From Octopus vulgaris (taxonomy: Eukaryota): a stretch of 64,000 bases of DNA. Position numbers and translations under genes: made by a program. Positions 15,530 to 28,805 of the stretch are shown piece after piece. The stretch is from the NCBI GenBank assembly GCA_951406725.2, contig OX597820.1:92876001-92940000 (forward strand), given 5' to 3'. How positions within the stretch are numbered: position 1 is the first letter of the stretch; each line of letters begins with the position of its first letter. Below the pieces are notes generated by a model. The model saw only the letters and a program-made list of their open reading frames with translations, did not search any database and was not told where the DNA came from.

Positions 15530-15594
<65 letters not shown>
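13310..15594 (+). mobile_element. Decayed R4/Dong-type non-LTR retrotransposon (RT + CCHC + RLE endonuclease) with (TAA)n tail
   Basis: Fragments NYRPICC..MWKLL, EQKGCRR, WIDYRKAYD, RGIFQGD, DDLKLY, CRICG...CPKLAQHEYKRRHD, RKPDIVV...VIDIAC, IPLVIGALG, with many stops and frameshifts. Ends in (TAA)n at 15536-15594. Confidence 0.85.
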
Positions 15595-15595
<1 letters not shown>

Positions 15596-16143
15596 GCACT
15601 GATGCAGTTCCAGGCTATGGAACTCATGGTTTCTGATCCTAACCGATTGGAAGTCTTATCCTGTACGTTTTGTCTTGGTATAAAACTGATGGACTACAGC
15701 AAATATTATTCGCAGTACCACACATTTCCTTCTCAGTTTCTTGACCTTAACCAGTTGAGCATGTCCCTTAGTGGATGAGGATAAAAAGTTTTGGCATTTC
15801 TGATCACGAGTAGAAGTAGTGGGGGATCATCTTAGCCATTGGGTTTTGAATAATTCACTTCTGGGAATATGGTTGTTTCGTTCATCACCCTTAAACAACC
15901 CCTATTTAGGGACATTTTGAGCGGAATGGACAACTCGACCTGAAAAAAATTCTAACTGGGCCCCACCTGCAAGGTCATGCGCTGTTTATCTTGATATGAG
16001 ATTACTATATCGCGCACATATGATTGTGATGCATGTGCCTGGTGTACCCTTATCAGACGAGTAGTCATGATAGATATACTGGTCTTCGTATATTTTACCC
16101 CAGTGTCACATTGATGGCATGCACTGCTTTCTCACTCAATAAT
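15595..16143. repeat. Unclassified ~550-bp interspersed repeat bounded by TAA repeats, abutting the Dong tail
   Basis: Non-coding block between (TAA)n and caataat. Recognised from memory as a common cephalopod repeat; not verifiable within the window. Confidence 0.4.
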
Positions 16144-19100
16144 GATAGTTTTCTATCCTATATGTGACAGCAACACCTTAGATGCAAGGAATAGATACCA
16201 TTACTTTGTAAGTATTTGTTTTGTTGATATAGGAAGGATAAAAGACAAAAATCGACCACAACTGGATTTCAGCGATGACAAAACATTTACAGTTTCTTCT
16301 AATATTGATAATTATAATTTCTAAAGATTGGCAAGAGACCAGATCTAAATTTGTTTTGAGGGAGTATATGTCGATTTAATGGATCCTAGTATTACGGATG
16401 AAAAGCAAACTCGACCTCAAATGGTTTTGAACTTAAAACATCAAAAGACGTATTTAAATATATGAGACATTGTAGAACATCACAAGAAGAACTAAATGTA
16501 TAGAAAACATTTGGTGTGACGAGTGATGTATTTAATGTTTAAGGTTCGTGTCCTTTGTGTGGAAGAGAAGAAGACAGAAAGAATGTCGTCACTATGGTTG
16601 CAACACCTCAAAGCAATTGGATTTATTGAAAGCTTTCCGTAGACAGTTTTATGAAGTAATTGTATGGATTAATATGGAATCTCATATCTCCACAGAATCC
16701 AAATTATGGCGTTGTATTGGCTGAATTGTTAGAGTGTCGAACGAAATGCCTTGCAGTATTTATTGCGTTCGCCTTTCAAATCTCATTGAAGTTAACTTAG
16801 CTTTTCATTTTATCCGACACTAATGAATAATGTAGGGGGCTAGTGTAATGGATTGGTGGAAACTTTAGAAAGTCATAGAATATGCTTCTGTATTTTCGGC
16901 ACTTTGCATTCTCAGTTCAAATCCGTTGTTGCTTACTCAGGGGTCGACGAAATCCGTCGGCCGGTTTAGAATTTATTAATTTGGCCTTTGAAATGCTCTA
17001 GCGGATTTTTTAGCAATCAGAGATAATTTGTTTATTATTATTATTCTCATCATTTATGCGTCTAGATGGCAAAATTGTTAGCACATAGGGCAAAATGTTT
17101 CACGGCTTTCCTCTCAGCTTTAGGTTCTGAGTCAAATGACACCAAGGTCGACTTTGCCTTTCACGTTTTCTAAGAACCAGTATAGCAATATACTCTACTA
17201 CCAATATACTCTACTATCCCCACCTCACAAAACCTCAGGCTTTGTGCCTGCAGTAGAAAGAATTATTATCGTCATTATTTGTATTTAAATGTAGTAAGCA
17301 GGCAGAATCGCTAACACGTTGGGCAAAATGCTTAGCAACTTTTCTTTCGACTCTCTAGGACCTGATTTCAAATTCGACAACGGTCAGATGTGCTTTTTAT
17401 CCTTTCGGTATCAATAAGAGCCAGCTGAGCACTGGGGTCGATACCGACTAAACCTCTACCCCTAAAATCGCTCGCCTTGTGCCAAAATTTAGAATAATTA
17501 CTATTATGGTGATTATGATCATCATTATTATTATTAACACCATTAAGGTAGGTCATGGTTTGACACACACATTAAAGAGTCAACTTTCTTTCGGCTCTTT
17601 ACTTTCTGACTTCAAAAGCATCTTTTATCAGCTTTGTTTTTCATCCTTGCGGATTCGATAGTATAATATACCAGTCAAGAACTTGGATGCCCCCTCCTCA
17701 AAGTGGTTGACTTTTACATAAATCAGAATGTATTATCATTAAGGATATTGGTTGGTATAATCGTGATATCGGTGAACATCATTTGCTGCAGTGTCAACGT
17801 TTCTTTACGTCTAAGTTAAATCCCACATCGTAGCCAAATCTATAAAATATATAGTAAAAAAGTATCCTGTCCGAATGCAAGGCCTGATGTCTGTCATGAA
17901 AATAGCGATTATTGAAAACTGTCTCAACAGTAAATTAGAGTACTAAATATTTTGTATTGTTTGGATATCTCCTAGAATGGTGAATCAAATGTGTTTTTCA
18001 TAGTTAATCACATACAATATAGAGTAAACTAGTATTGTGATTGATATAATCGACTAACTCCATCTCCAAATGTAAGGCCTTGCGTTTGTCATAAAAAGAA
18101 TCGTCATTACTGAAAACTGTATTAACTATGAATTATTTAGATATCTCCTTGAGTCGTAAATAAAATGTTTTGACAAAGTTAATCACATAGTTAGTCCACT
18201 TCTTTCAGATGTCCATTTCGCTTTTCGTCTTTCTGTACTTCATAAAGTACCAGTCAAATATTGGCCTCAATTTCAATGATCGTCATCACTCACTAAGTGG
18301 CCAATTGCCAGAATAGTTAGAACATCGGGGCAAACGTCTTTCACAATTTGTTCTGGTTCTTTCCAGTCTGAATTCAGATCCCTCTGTGGGCAACGTTGCT
18401 TTCATGATCGGGGATCGATAATATAGTGTATCAGTATAGACCCTTAGATTAACGGAATTCTTAGTATGTTGGACAAATTGTGATTTTTGTTCCGGACTTA
18501 TACGTTTTAATTACCCAGGCAGGTATGATGAGGGTGTCTATATTTACCCGACAAGTTGGTACCATATATGAATAATGATAACAGGAGACCACTTTTGTGT
18601 TCTTCTACGAATATTCCACGTCAAGAACATAACGTTTGTCAAGAAAATCAGTGCGGTCGTTCGGCGACTAGATACTGATAAAAGAAAAGACACCATTCTT
18701 AGAAAGTGTTTCAACATGTGACAAAGATAAGGAAAGGACGCATTATATTTAGTATTGTTGAAATGCCAAACATTTGAAATTCTAACTTGAATAAGACATT
18801 TTTATAGTAACAAATATCTGAAAACATTCTCTGCCAAAATATGAAAATATATCGTATGTGGGAGATGTCAACTATTTCATGCAATACGATGATTCACATA
18901 AAGTATTTCTATTTGTGAATAATATATATCTATCAACAATATTAATATTCATGTTGTGATATATCTTGCATCAAACAAACAAAAACTCTCGCATATAGGA
19001 TTAATGGAACTCTTATCTACTAATTGTTTGATTCATCTTGTATATTCTAAATGGATAGGATTTCACTGTAAAAGACTTTGTGTCTCGATTTCATGTTTTA

Positions 19101-20072
19101 TTCAACATATATCAGCAACCCACATATTTGCTAGAAGTGTGAAGCGGTTATATTGTTATTATCTCAGATAGAACGTCAACAACTAAATCTTTGTATTCGC
19201 TTATAAATGGCACTATTTTCAGTGAATCAAATCTGTTTGCTCCTCTACTAGCTTTCTATAGTTGTAGTTGGTTCTCGGAGTGACAAAATATCAGAGAATA
19301 TGCCGTAGGTTTTGGTCAAGTGCATTGTGTGCAGTGTTAAGCTTCTCAACCAAATAGTGACTGAAGATGTAACACTAAATTGCGTTATCCTCACAAGTCA
19401 TCTAAGTGTTATTTGACAAATTTAAACAGGAGTCCTATTTCCAGGAAAATCAATCTTTTCTCACTAACTAAAGATTCGGCAGTCTTAGCGCCTGCTTTAT
19501 AAGACATACTGACTTGTAATGTCGTTGATTGATTTTATAAATTTAGTAAAGAGAAAAGCCTGAAGCAGTAACAACCATTTTATATATTATTGTTTTTTCA
19601 ATAACTCCACACCGGACATCTTGTTGATGTTAACATAATAAACATGGAGTATGTCAACGTTGACTTAAAATCTAATGATTGGATAGATAATGGCAGAGAA
19701 AATCATTCCCATAATTAATTGTAATGGACGTATTTGAAAACATTGTCAACAAGTAAATGTATTTAGAACAGCTTAGTCTCGTACCACACAGTCCTCACAA
19801 TCACATAGCCGTAGGACAGATTGAACCTAGATTTGCGAGCTAAGAAAACGGTCGTCAAGTTCCTGCTGATATTACTCCTCGTCGTAAATAATAAAAAAAT
19901 AATTCATTTTACGCTTTGGAACTTGGTTTACAGTTAAACTATAAAATAAATCATCGACGTTAGTGAATCAGTGTTGCTGTACAGCATCAGAACAACCGTG
20001 ATCAAGCAGAATCAACATCAAATCATATCACCTGTAACAATCCTTTTTTTACAGACATCTACACACACAAAG

Positions 20073-20107
<35 letters not shown>

Positions 20108-20111
<4 letters not shown>

Positions 20112-20448
20112 GATAAATCTCAGAGCGAGTTATAAACAGTAGCGGTAACACATCGTGACGCATATTTGCCATTTGAATATGGCTAACCCCTAAGGGTGGA
20201 TGCTACTGTAGTTTGTAGTCCCAGGAAGATATCTCCTCCAGCTGGCTATAGACACACTATCTGTGCCCTATCGAGTCCGTGTGTATCATAAGTTGAAGAC
20301 GGGAAGGATGACTTCCCTTCACAAATACTGATAGGGCACAGATAGTGTCTATAGCCAGCTGGATGAGATATCTTCCTGGGGCTACAAACTACAGTAGCAT
20401 CCACCCTTAGGGGTTAGCCATATTCAAATGGCAAATATGCGTCACGAT
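20108..20448. mobile_element. Fold-back element with ~110-bp near-perfect arms; relative of 60643-60892
   Basis: Arms 20152-20262 / 20330-20448; (TA)n on both sides. Confidence 0.75.
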
Positions 20449-20494
20449 ATATATATATATATATATAAAGATAGATAGATACATAGATATTATT

Positions 20495-20649
20495 AAAATT
20501 ATAATTTAGGGTATCTAAGAGATACCGCCACTTTGGAAATAGCAGCCAAAACCTGACTCTAAAACCACATTTAATGTTGTTTTAGAGTCAGGTTTTGGTT
20601 GCTATTTCCAGCGTGGCAGTACCTCTTAGATAGCCTAAATTATAATTTT
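20495..20649. repeat. ~70-bp-arm palindrome
   Basis: ggaaatagcagccaaaacctgactctaaaac / gttttagagtcaggttttggttgctatttcc. Confidence 0.85.
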
Positions 20650-21032
20650 GATAATTATTACCCTTGAAGGTATTTATTCCCATTTGATAAGATCGATATT
20701 TCCCACTTAATAAGATCGATATTTAAGTTAACGATCTCATCCTTATTCATATATATAATTCATAAAGAAGTATACAATTGACAGTGACTTTGAAGTTAAT
20801 CTCAGTTTTATACAGTCTTTATTGAGATGAAATTTTCCTTGGGTATATGAGTTTAAGTGGTAAGTAAGTTGTAGGATGGATATATATATATAATTTTCAT
20901 TTGTAAATCTCTCAACGGGAGATATTCAGTAATAGTAGAAATTATTTGGCAACATAACGTGGCAGTCCTGGTTAAGGACGAATGTTGGCGCTAAATAACA
21001 TTAACATTCCTCCTGCAACGTTATGCTGACAA

Positions 21033-21067
<35 letters not shown>

Positions 21068-21068
21068 A

Positions 21069-21109
<41 letters not shown>

Positions 21110-21495
21110 CAGCAGACTCGCGGTCGGAGGATCGCGGTTTCGATTCCCAGACCGGGCGTTGTGTGTGTATATTGAGCGAAAACACCTAAAGCCCCTCTTG
21201 TACTCTTTCGACCGAGTTTCTCTCACTCTTTCTTCCTGTTTCTCGGGTAACGCTGCAATGGACTGGCGTCCCGTCCAGCTGGAAGGGAACACATACGCCA
21301 CAGAAACCGGCAAACCAGGTTCATGAGCCTGGCTAGGCTTGAAAAGGGCGAATATATATATTTATATTAGTATCGCGCTACTAATAGTTTCCCGTACGTT
21401 CGTCATGCGTTTGTGCGGGAAACTATTAGTACATGTAGTTGAAATGTTTAGTAATATATATACGTATGTATATGTCTACACACACACACATTTAC

Positions 21496-21529
<34 letters not shown>

Positions 21530-22395
21530 GTCTCTTGACAGCTGTTGGTTTTTATCTCTACAACTTAGCTATTTGGCATAACAAATAAGACTTCAATAAA
21601 ATAAATCGTACTGACGTCTATTTATTCGACTAAAAAATCTTCAAGACGGTTACCCAGCAGGGGCACGATCCAATGACTGAAAGAACTGAACGATAAATTA
21701 TATATTTCGTTATCAGAACATTGGTTGCCGCATAATGCATTAAATAATTGGAATTAAATATTGTCTGGAAAAATAAAACCTTTTCGATTAAAAAAAAGCC
21801 GTATATATTTATTTTTAGAACGTATTGTAGAAGTTATCCGGAGGTTTTTAGCCAAAACTGTATAACACGACTAATATAAATATGTCTATATAAATATGTT
21901 GGTGGAAAGTAAAAAAATGAACAGCTTTATATACTCTATGTCTCAATGTTACTTTTAATTTGCTTTGCAGTTGTACGCCTTCCTAACCTATCCGCGAATA
22001 TATTACCAAAAGCATCGTTGATCTTACAGGATAAAGGAAGGAATGGAGCTGGCAGAATCGTTAACGCGCCAGGTAAATTATTCGTCTTTATGAGCTGAGT
22101 TCAAATTCCACCGAGGTTCACTTTGCCTTTCATGCTTTCGGGGTCGATAAAATAAGTACCAATCGAGCCCTGAGATCGATATAACCGATTTAAACCCTGC
22201 TCCGAAATTGCCAAAACTTTAAATCACTATTACTGGTCAAAGGAAGGCGGCGAGCGGGCTAACTCGCTAACGTGCCGGTCAAAATGTATTTCGTCCGTAT
22301 TTACAGTCTGAGTTCAAATTCCTCCGAGGTTTACTTTGCCTTCCACACTTTCGGGGTCGGTAAAATAAATACCAGTTGGGTACTAAGGTCGAAGT

Positions 22396-22719
22396 GAGGG
22401 CGCGTGGCTTAGTGGTTAGGGCATTCGGCTCATGATCGTAAGGTTGTGAGTTCGATTCCCGGCGACGCGTTGTGTCCTTGAGCAAGACACTTTATTTCAC
22501 GTTGCTCCAGTCCACTCAGCTGGCAAAAATGAGTTGTACTTGTATTTCAAAGGGTCAGCCTTGTCACTCTCTGTGTCACTCTGATTATCCCCGAGAACTA
22601 CGTTAAGGGTACACGTGTCTGTGGAATGCTCAGCCATTTGCACGTTAATTTCACGAGCAAGCTGTTCCGTTGATCGTATCAGCTGGGACCCTCGTCGTCG
22701 TAACCGGCGGAGTCTTTTG
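22396..22719 (+). mobile_element. tRNA-headed SINE, family C, nested in a family B SINE
   Basis: A-box tggcttagtgg, B-box gagttcgattcc, central gtgtccttgagcaagacact; 11-bp TSD aaggtcgaagt at 22385-22395 and 22720-22730. Confidence 0.9.
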
Positions 22720-23158
22720 AAGGTCGAAGTAACGGACTTACCCCTCCCCTGAAATTACTGGCCTTGTACTAAAATTTGAAACCGATATTATTGGCTAAAG
22801 GTAACTGGAAGTAGCAATTTGCATATTTAACACTCTGTTGGTAATAAGGCCACAGATTAAAAAAATGAAAAGTCAACAGCGAAATTTATTAACCGTATCG
22901 TTATATATATTCATATCAATAATGCGTGTTAAATCTACGCAGGAAATACTTTGGGGGAATACTTGTTGCTGTTTCGTATCTTTATTGCTTTGTTTTGTTG
23001 TTTAGACGCCTCAGACTTCATCAAGCATACGTGTACTAAAAAAATTTTCCCATCCATCCTGGCATTTTAAGAGTATACTGGAAAACATTAACCAATGTTC
23101 CTGCCCCTTCTCCGATTAGATTGCGAATAGTAGCATCTTCCTCAGTTCACGTACAATC

Positions 23159-23393
23159 TCTTTCTTTATTGCCCACAAGGGACTAAACATAGAGGGGACA
23201 AACAAGGACAGATAAACGGATTAAGTCGATTACATCGATCCCAGTGCGTAACTGATACTTAATTTATCGACCACGAAAGGATGAAAGACAAGGTCGATCC
23301 CGGCGGAATTTGAACTCAGAACGTAACGGCAGACGAAATACGACTACGCATTTCGCCCGGCGTGCTAACGGTTCTGCCAGCTCGCCGCCTTCT
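23159..23393 (-). mobile_element. SINE family B with 14-bp TSD
   Basis: gttcacgtacaatc at 23145-23158 and 23394-23407. Confidence 0.92.
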
Positions 23394-24949
23394 GTTCACG
23401 TACAATCGTCGAGAGAATGGGCGCTAAACTTGAATATAACTTATTAACATACAGAACGATAAAGGCTGGAAATCTTTTGACTAGTCTGTGAGGTCTAGTG
23501 TTATGTTAAACAACGGCAACTCTGGCATCATCAATATTCTATTTTACTTTACTGCTTAAAACGCTAGTCGCTGCATCAAGAAAGTGTATTCATAGCGATC
23601 ATAAACACCTCATTTTGTACTATCTCTTTCGCCGATCAGATTCATACTAATGCAAACCATTACTCGCCAACCAATTCTAAATTGTTCTAATTTTCTAGAG
23701 AAACACTTTTATTCCGAAAACATTATTTATAGTAATTTTATTTCATTTTCAACACCTTCAAGAATCATTCCGAGACTTTATTTAATATATTTTATATTTC
23801 TTTGTCAATTTCTATTAGAAGAGTAGCACTCTAAGAAGTTTAACATCTTCACATAAATTTAGTCAATCTAACATTTCTTCGCATTTTCTAACGTTTTTAT
23901 CTATGCAAGTCTTTCTGTGTCTATATGTGCGTGTTTGTGTGTGTATGTATGAATGTATATGCGCATATGTAAGTATGTATGTATGTATGTATGTATGTAT
24001 GTATGTATGTATGTATGTATGTATGTATGTGTGTGTAGACAGATAGACAGATGACAGATAAAATAATTTTCACATCCAACTTAACTTGAATGTGTGTTAA
24101 AAAGGCCGTAAGCTGTGGTAATCGTCCTGAGAAATCGTCTCGTATAGACAAGAGGACAAGCAATTACTATCCTTACAGAAAACCCAACTAGGAAAATGTC
24201 TCTTAGACGCTTCAACTCCATTCAGTCCCAACTGTGATTCAGAGCCTAGTCTCAGACGTCAGCAGAAGAACCTACACTATATAAGTGAACCGAGTGAGCT
24301 ACTACAGGAGCCCACCCTGCTATAACGAGACAGTATCTAGAAGCTTCCTTACACTAGCTAAAATGTATTTCTCAGCTCTTTAATTCCCATAATTCTAAGG
24401 TTCCCTGCTTGTGATTAAATAATATCGCTTCCCTCATGTCATGCCACATCAGACGTACGCACACACCCACCGGTTTCCATTGTACACTCTGCTGAAAACC
24501 TACCACAAAATGGCAAAATATACAACCCCTATTTATATGTTAGTCTTGCGAAGCTACTCTTAGCTGACACCACCAAATCTGTTAACTGCCACGTGGTAAA
24601 TGTTGTCAATAAAGTATCATAAACTACAGAGCGATTACTATTTGACTAATTCACGCCAACGTTTTACCTACACTACTACGTGCATTAATTAATATAAAGA
24701 ATTAATGCCACTGGATACATCATTTTGCACAATGCCGATAATGTGCGCCAGCATCTTGTCTGCTCTAAAATGTGCATCTAGCAATAAAATAGCTGCGTCT
24801 ATCATAGCAGAAAAAAAAACATCCACGTGACCTGAACAAACGAACGGAGGTTCAAATAACTTTCAAATTTCTTCTCACTTATGGCTTTGTTTCCGAAGAA
24901 AATATGAGGTAGAGGTGCAATTAACCGGCTCCTGTCCAAACTGTTACGC

Positions 24950-25014
<65 letters not shown>

Positions 25015-25313
25015 TGTTAGAAGTGCTGTACATATATTGCATCTTGAGAACATGGAGGTAGTCAGAATTTTGGATAATCCTTTATTAGTGCTTTCGTTAG
25101 TTTTCGAACTCGTCAAGACAAAATCTAAATCAAAATGGTAAAAACAGAACGGGTCCTTGTTCATTTCTATGAATCAGATGTTTTTGTTTTGTTTTGTTTT
25201 GAAAAGGAGAATATTGTTTTTGTTTTTTGAAAAAGGGGGGAGAGAGAGAAAGAAAAGCAAAGCGGTGGGAGAATAGATAGAGAAAGAGGCTTCAGGACAA
25301 TCAAGAAAGAGAA

Positions 25314-25359
<46 letters not shown>

Positions 25360-25361
<2 letters not shown>

Positions 25362-25912
25362 CACAAACCACCTCCAGTGCTTGAAAAGGATCACATCTCA
25401 CTCCTCTGGAACTTCACCATTCAAACTGACAGAAAGATAGATGCAAATAGGTCAGACATCATATTGAAAGACTTCAGACAAAAATCATGCCTCCTCATTG
25501 ATATGACTGACCCAATCGATATAAACATATCTGTCAAGACATACCAAAAACTGAGCAAGTATAAAGATCTTGAAATAGATATTAGCAAAATGTGGAACCT
25601 GAAGACTAAAACAATACCTGTTGTCATAGATGCCCTGGGAATGATAGCAAAAGGGGCTGATTGCTACCTAGCTCAGATACCAAGAAACCCCAAAATGCCA
25701 GAAATTCAAAATATAGTGCTCATGGGAACTGCTCATATCCTTAATTTTCTTATGGTTTCTTAAACATTCTCTAGAACAACACTATGTAGAAAAGCAAATA
25801 TATGGCACCCTAGGCATAACACCAACATGAACTTCCAACTTGTTGTCTCTTGAGGTCTCTGGGGGAGACTTGGAGCCAACTTGTACAAATGTAAAGCAAA
25901 AGACAAACATAA
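25360..25912 (+). mobile_element. 3' fragment of R4/Dong-type element inserted in (TAA)n
   Basis: LWNFTIQTDRKIDANRSDII...LLIDMT...KLSKYKDL...IPVVIDALG (RLE domain); TAA repeats on both sides. Confidence 0.85.
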
Positions 25913-26187
25913 AATAATAATAATAACAAAGGATGCAGAAAGGATAGACAGAGAGAGAGAAAGGGAGAACGAAATTTCTTTACTATTTGGTGTGGCCACT
26001 GCATTGAAATTTCATTACAAAGTATTTATCTTTCTTTCTCTTTTTTTTTTGTCTTTTTCTATTGTATACATATCAACATATTTGTAAATAAACACAACAT
26101 CTCACAAGGGCTGGTGAGCTTTCAAAGATGTTAATTTCAGGGAGTCGGATGGAAGAAATACGAAAAGTGGTGAGGGTAAGGACATCA

Positions 26188-26559
26188 TCTCTCTCTATAT
26201 AAACGGCAGTTTGTCTGTGCGTGTTTCTGTGTGTCTGTTTGCTTGTACCCTCACCCTGACCACGGCTTTCAACCGATTCTGATGAAACTTGACACACACA
26301 TAGCCCAATGTCATAATTCAAAACTAACGCAGCGAAAATTTTGAAAAGTTACCCCAGTTCTGAAAAAATCGATAAATTCGACATGGGGTCGAGAATCAGA
26401 AACACAAACCACAAACTGTCTAGGGGACGCAACTCCACCTTTTTTAAATCTCAAAAAAAATTTACCATCATTTTTTTCCATTTTTTGGCTATAACTCTCT
26501 AAAACTGCTTTATAGTTATTTCCCTTACAAACCTGAGCAACGCCGGGCGATACTGCTAG
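26188..26559 (+). mobile_element. Non-autonomous Helitron
   Basis: 5' TC, 3' GC-rich hairpin (cctgagcaacgccggg) then CTAG; inserted between A and T with no TSD. Empty site visible in the paralogous segment at about 27250. Confidence 0.85.
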
Positions 26560-27296
26560 TTGCAAAATAAATAAGAGCTCAAAGTTCAAAGTCCTTTGAA
26601 AATGTATATTCTTGTACACTGTACAACCAAGTGCCATATTCTGTGTAATTCTATGTTTTGCATGAACAAACATTAGATATTAGTGCAATATATATATAAA
26701 TTAGGAATCTAAAGTCAAAACCACGAATTACTTTGCCAAGTAGCTACATTAGATATCTTTCCTAATCAGTGGTAAAATGGTTCTAATATTCTTTTCAGGT
26801 ATATGTAAGTTCTATAAGAACAACAGTTGTCAAAATCCCAATGTTATATAGATATGACCAATCACAGAGACGAGTATATCACATTATTAACATTGCTTTT
26901 GTTTTTTTTGTTTTTCTTCTTTTCTTTTGGAAAAAGGGATATAGAGAGACAGAGAGAGAAAAAGCAAAGCGGGGCTTAAATAGAGAGAGAGGGGTTTCAG
27001 GACAATCAAGAAAAAGGAGAATAAAAAAATAATAATGATAACAAAAGATGGGAAATGTATAGAGAGAGGGAGAGGTTACATTAAAAAATATTTTACTTTT
27101 TTCTTTCTCTTTTCTTTTTTTCTTTTTCTATTGAATTCCTATCAACATATTTGTAAATAAACCCATTTTCTCACAAGGTCTGGTGACTATTCAAAGGTGT
27201 CAATCTTAGGAGGTAGAAGGGAAGAAATAAGAAAAAGGGGAGGGTGTGGCCATTACTGAAAGATAAAAAAGTATTCAAAGTTTATATATACATGCA

Positions 27297-27351
<55 letters not shown>

Positions 27352-27353
<2 letters not shown>

Positions 27354-27650
27354 TTAGAACTTAGATAAACTAAGATATGTTTCGACCAAAGATTGGTCCA
27401 GGTCATGTCTAACTTAATAGCACAACCTGATAGGATTATCTAAATCCTGTTTAAGTCAAGATTTATTAATAGTCCATTCAAGTAGTGAGTTCTTGTTGAG
27501 TGAGTTGTATATATGGCTTATCCGGTATTCTTTGAAGAAATTTGTCCAGACTCCGTTTAAAAGTGATGGGATCCTTTTCCTCTTTGGTCTCTTTCGGGAC
27601 AATGTTAAACAGGGCAGGGCCTGTTGAGTAGAAGAAATTATGCTGCAGTG
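27352..27650 (-). mobile_element. 3' fragment of another CR1-group LINE
   Basis: Minus strand encodes NFFYSTGPALFNIVP...FKRSLDKFLQRIPDKP, then a stem-loop + GAAAC and a short tandem tail. Confidence 0.7.
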
Positions 27651-27656
27651 TACCTA

Positions 27657-27702
<46 letters not shown>

Positions 27703-28758
27703 AGTATGTATGTGTATATGTGGACGTGTATTTTATGTTTCCACTACATTTAGCAACATGCTTTACAACATCCATATCAACACAGAAAGTCGATAATTCA
27801 TTTGCATATATACAAATTGTTCATGCGTCTATTTCAGTTGTATTTTTCGTGTATTTATGTACATGCCTATGTATGCATATGTGCATATACGTATGCATAA
27901 TCGCACATGTATTTATGCAACTGTGTGCATTTACGCATGCATATATGTATATATGTTTGCACACATGTCAATTGGTATAAAAGTGTTTACATGCGATTCA
28001 CTGTCTTTCTCATTAGCATGAAACTGCAACAACTATTGCTTCCAATACTAATTCTACTTTATTTTGTGAGGTTTTAAATATAATTATCAACTCAAGGCCA
28101 TCTATCATCCTACACGTAATAGATATGTGTTATATATATATGTGTGTGTGTGTGTATTCTACAGTGTGATGTGTGTAAGCAGCATAGATGTTATTATACA
28201 CTCACTCATGTATGTATTTATATGTATATACATGCGTGTACATAAGTATGCATGTATGTATGAGCAAACGTGTTAACATATGTTTATGTGTATATGAGCA
28301 TATATATATATATATATATATACTTATATATGTGTATATCAGAATATATAAGTATATATATATATCATTACCACTATCATATGCATATGTTGTATATACA
28401 TTGTGTACATACGCATGTATGTGTTTGTATGTGTGTGTATATATCTTGATATATATTCTTACAGACAGTTTAGTGTAGGAATAACAAATCCTCTGTGTAT
28501 GTCTATGAACACCACATGCGTGCTTGTGGCTGTCTCTATATGTGCATTTTTATACTTATATATGTATACATAAACTTGGGTGTGTGTGTGTCTGTCTGTT
28601 TGTATATAAACATACATATAAAGTGATACACATATACGTACTTAGCAGATATTGCGGCTATGATTTATGGGTATAATTAAACAACTGATTGCTTAGATGT
28701 GGTGCATTTTGTATCTGCCATGACTTTTTTTAGCCATATGACTGTATATCTCAGGCAT

Positions 28759-28805
<47 letters not shown>

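Noticed and set aside
22396-22470. tRNA gene candidates (also 38024-38088, 48471-48545)
   Set aside because: They lack a proper acceptor stem and continue into repeat bodies; they are SINE heads.
27370-27400. GACC..GGTC-GAAAC hammerhead-like half
   Set aside because: No CUGANGA core. It is the 3' recognition stem-loop of a CR1 fragment, equivalent to 46818-46835.
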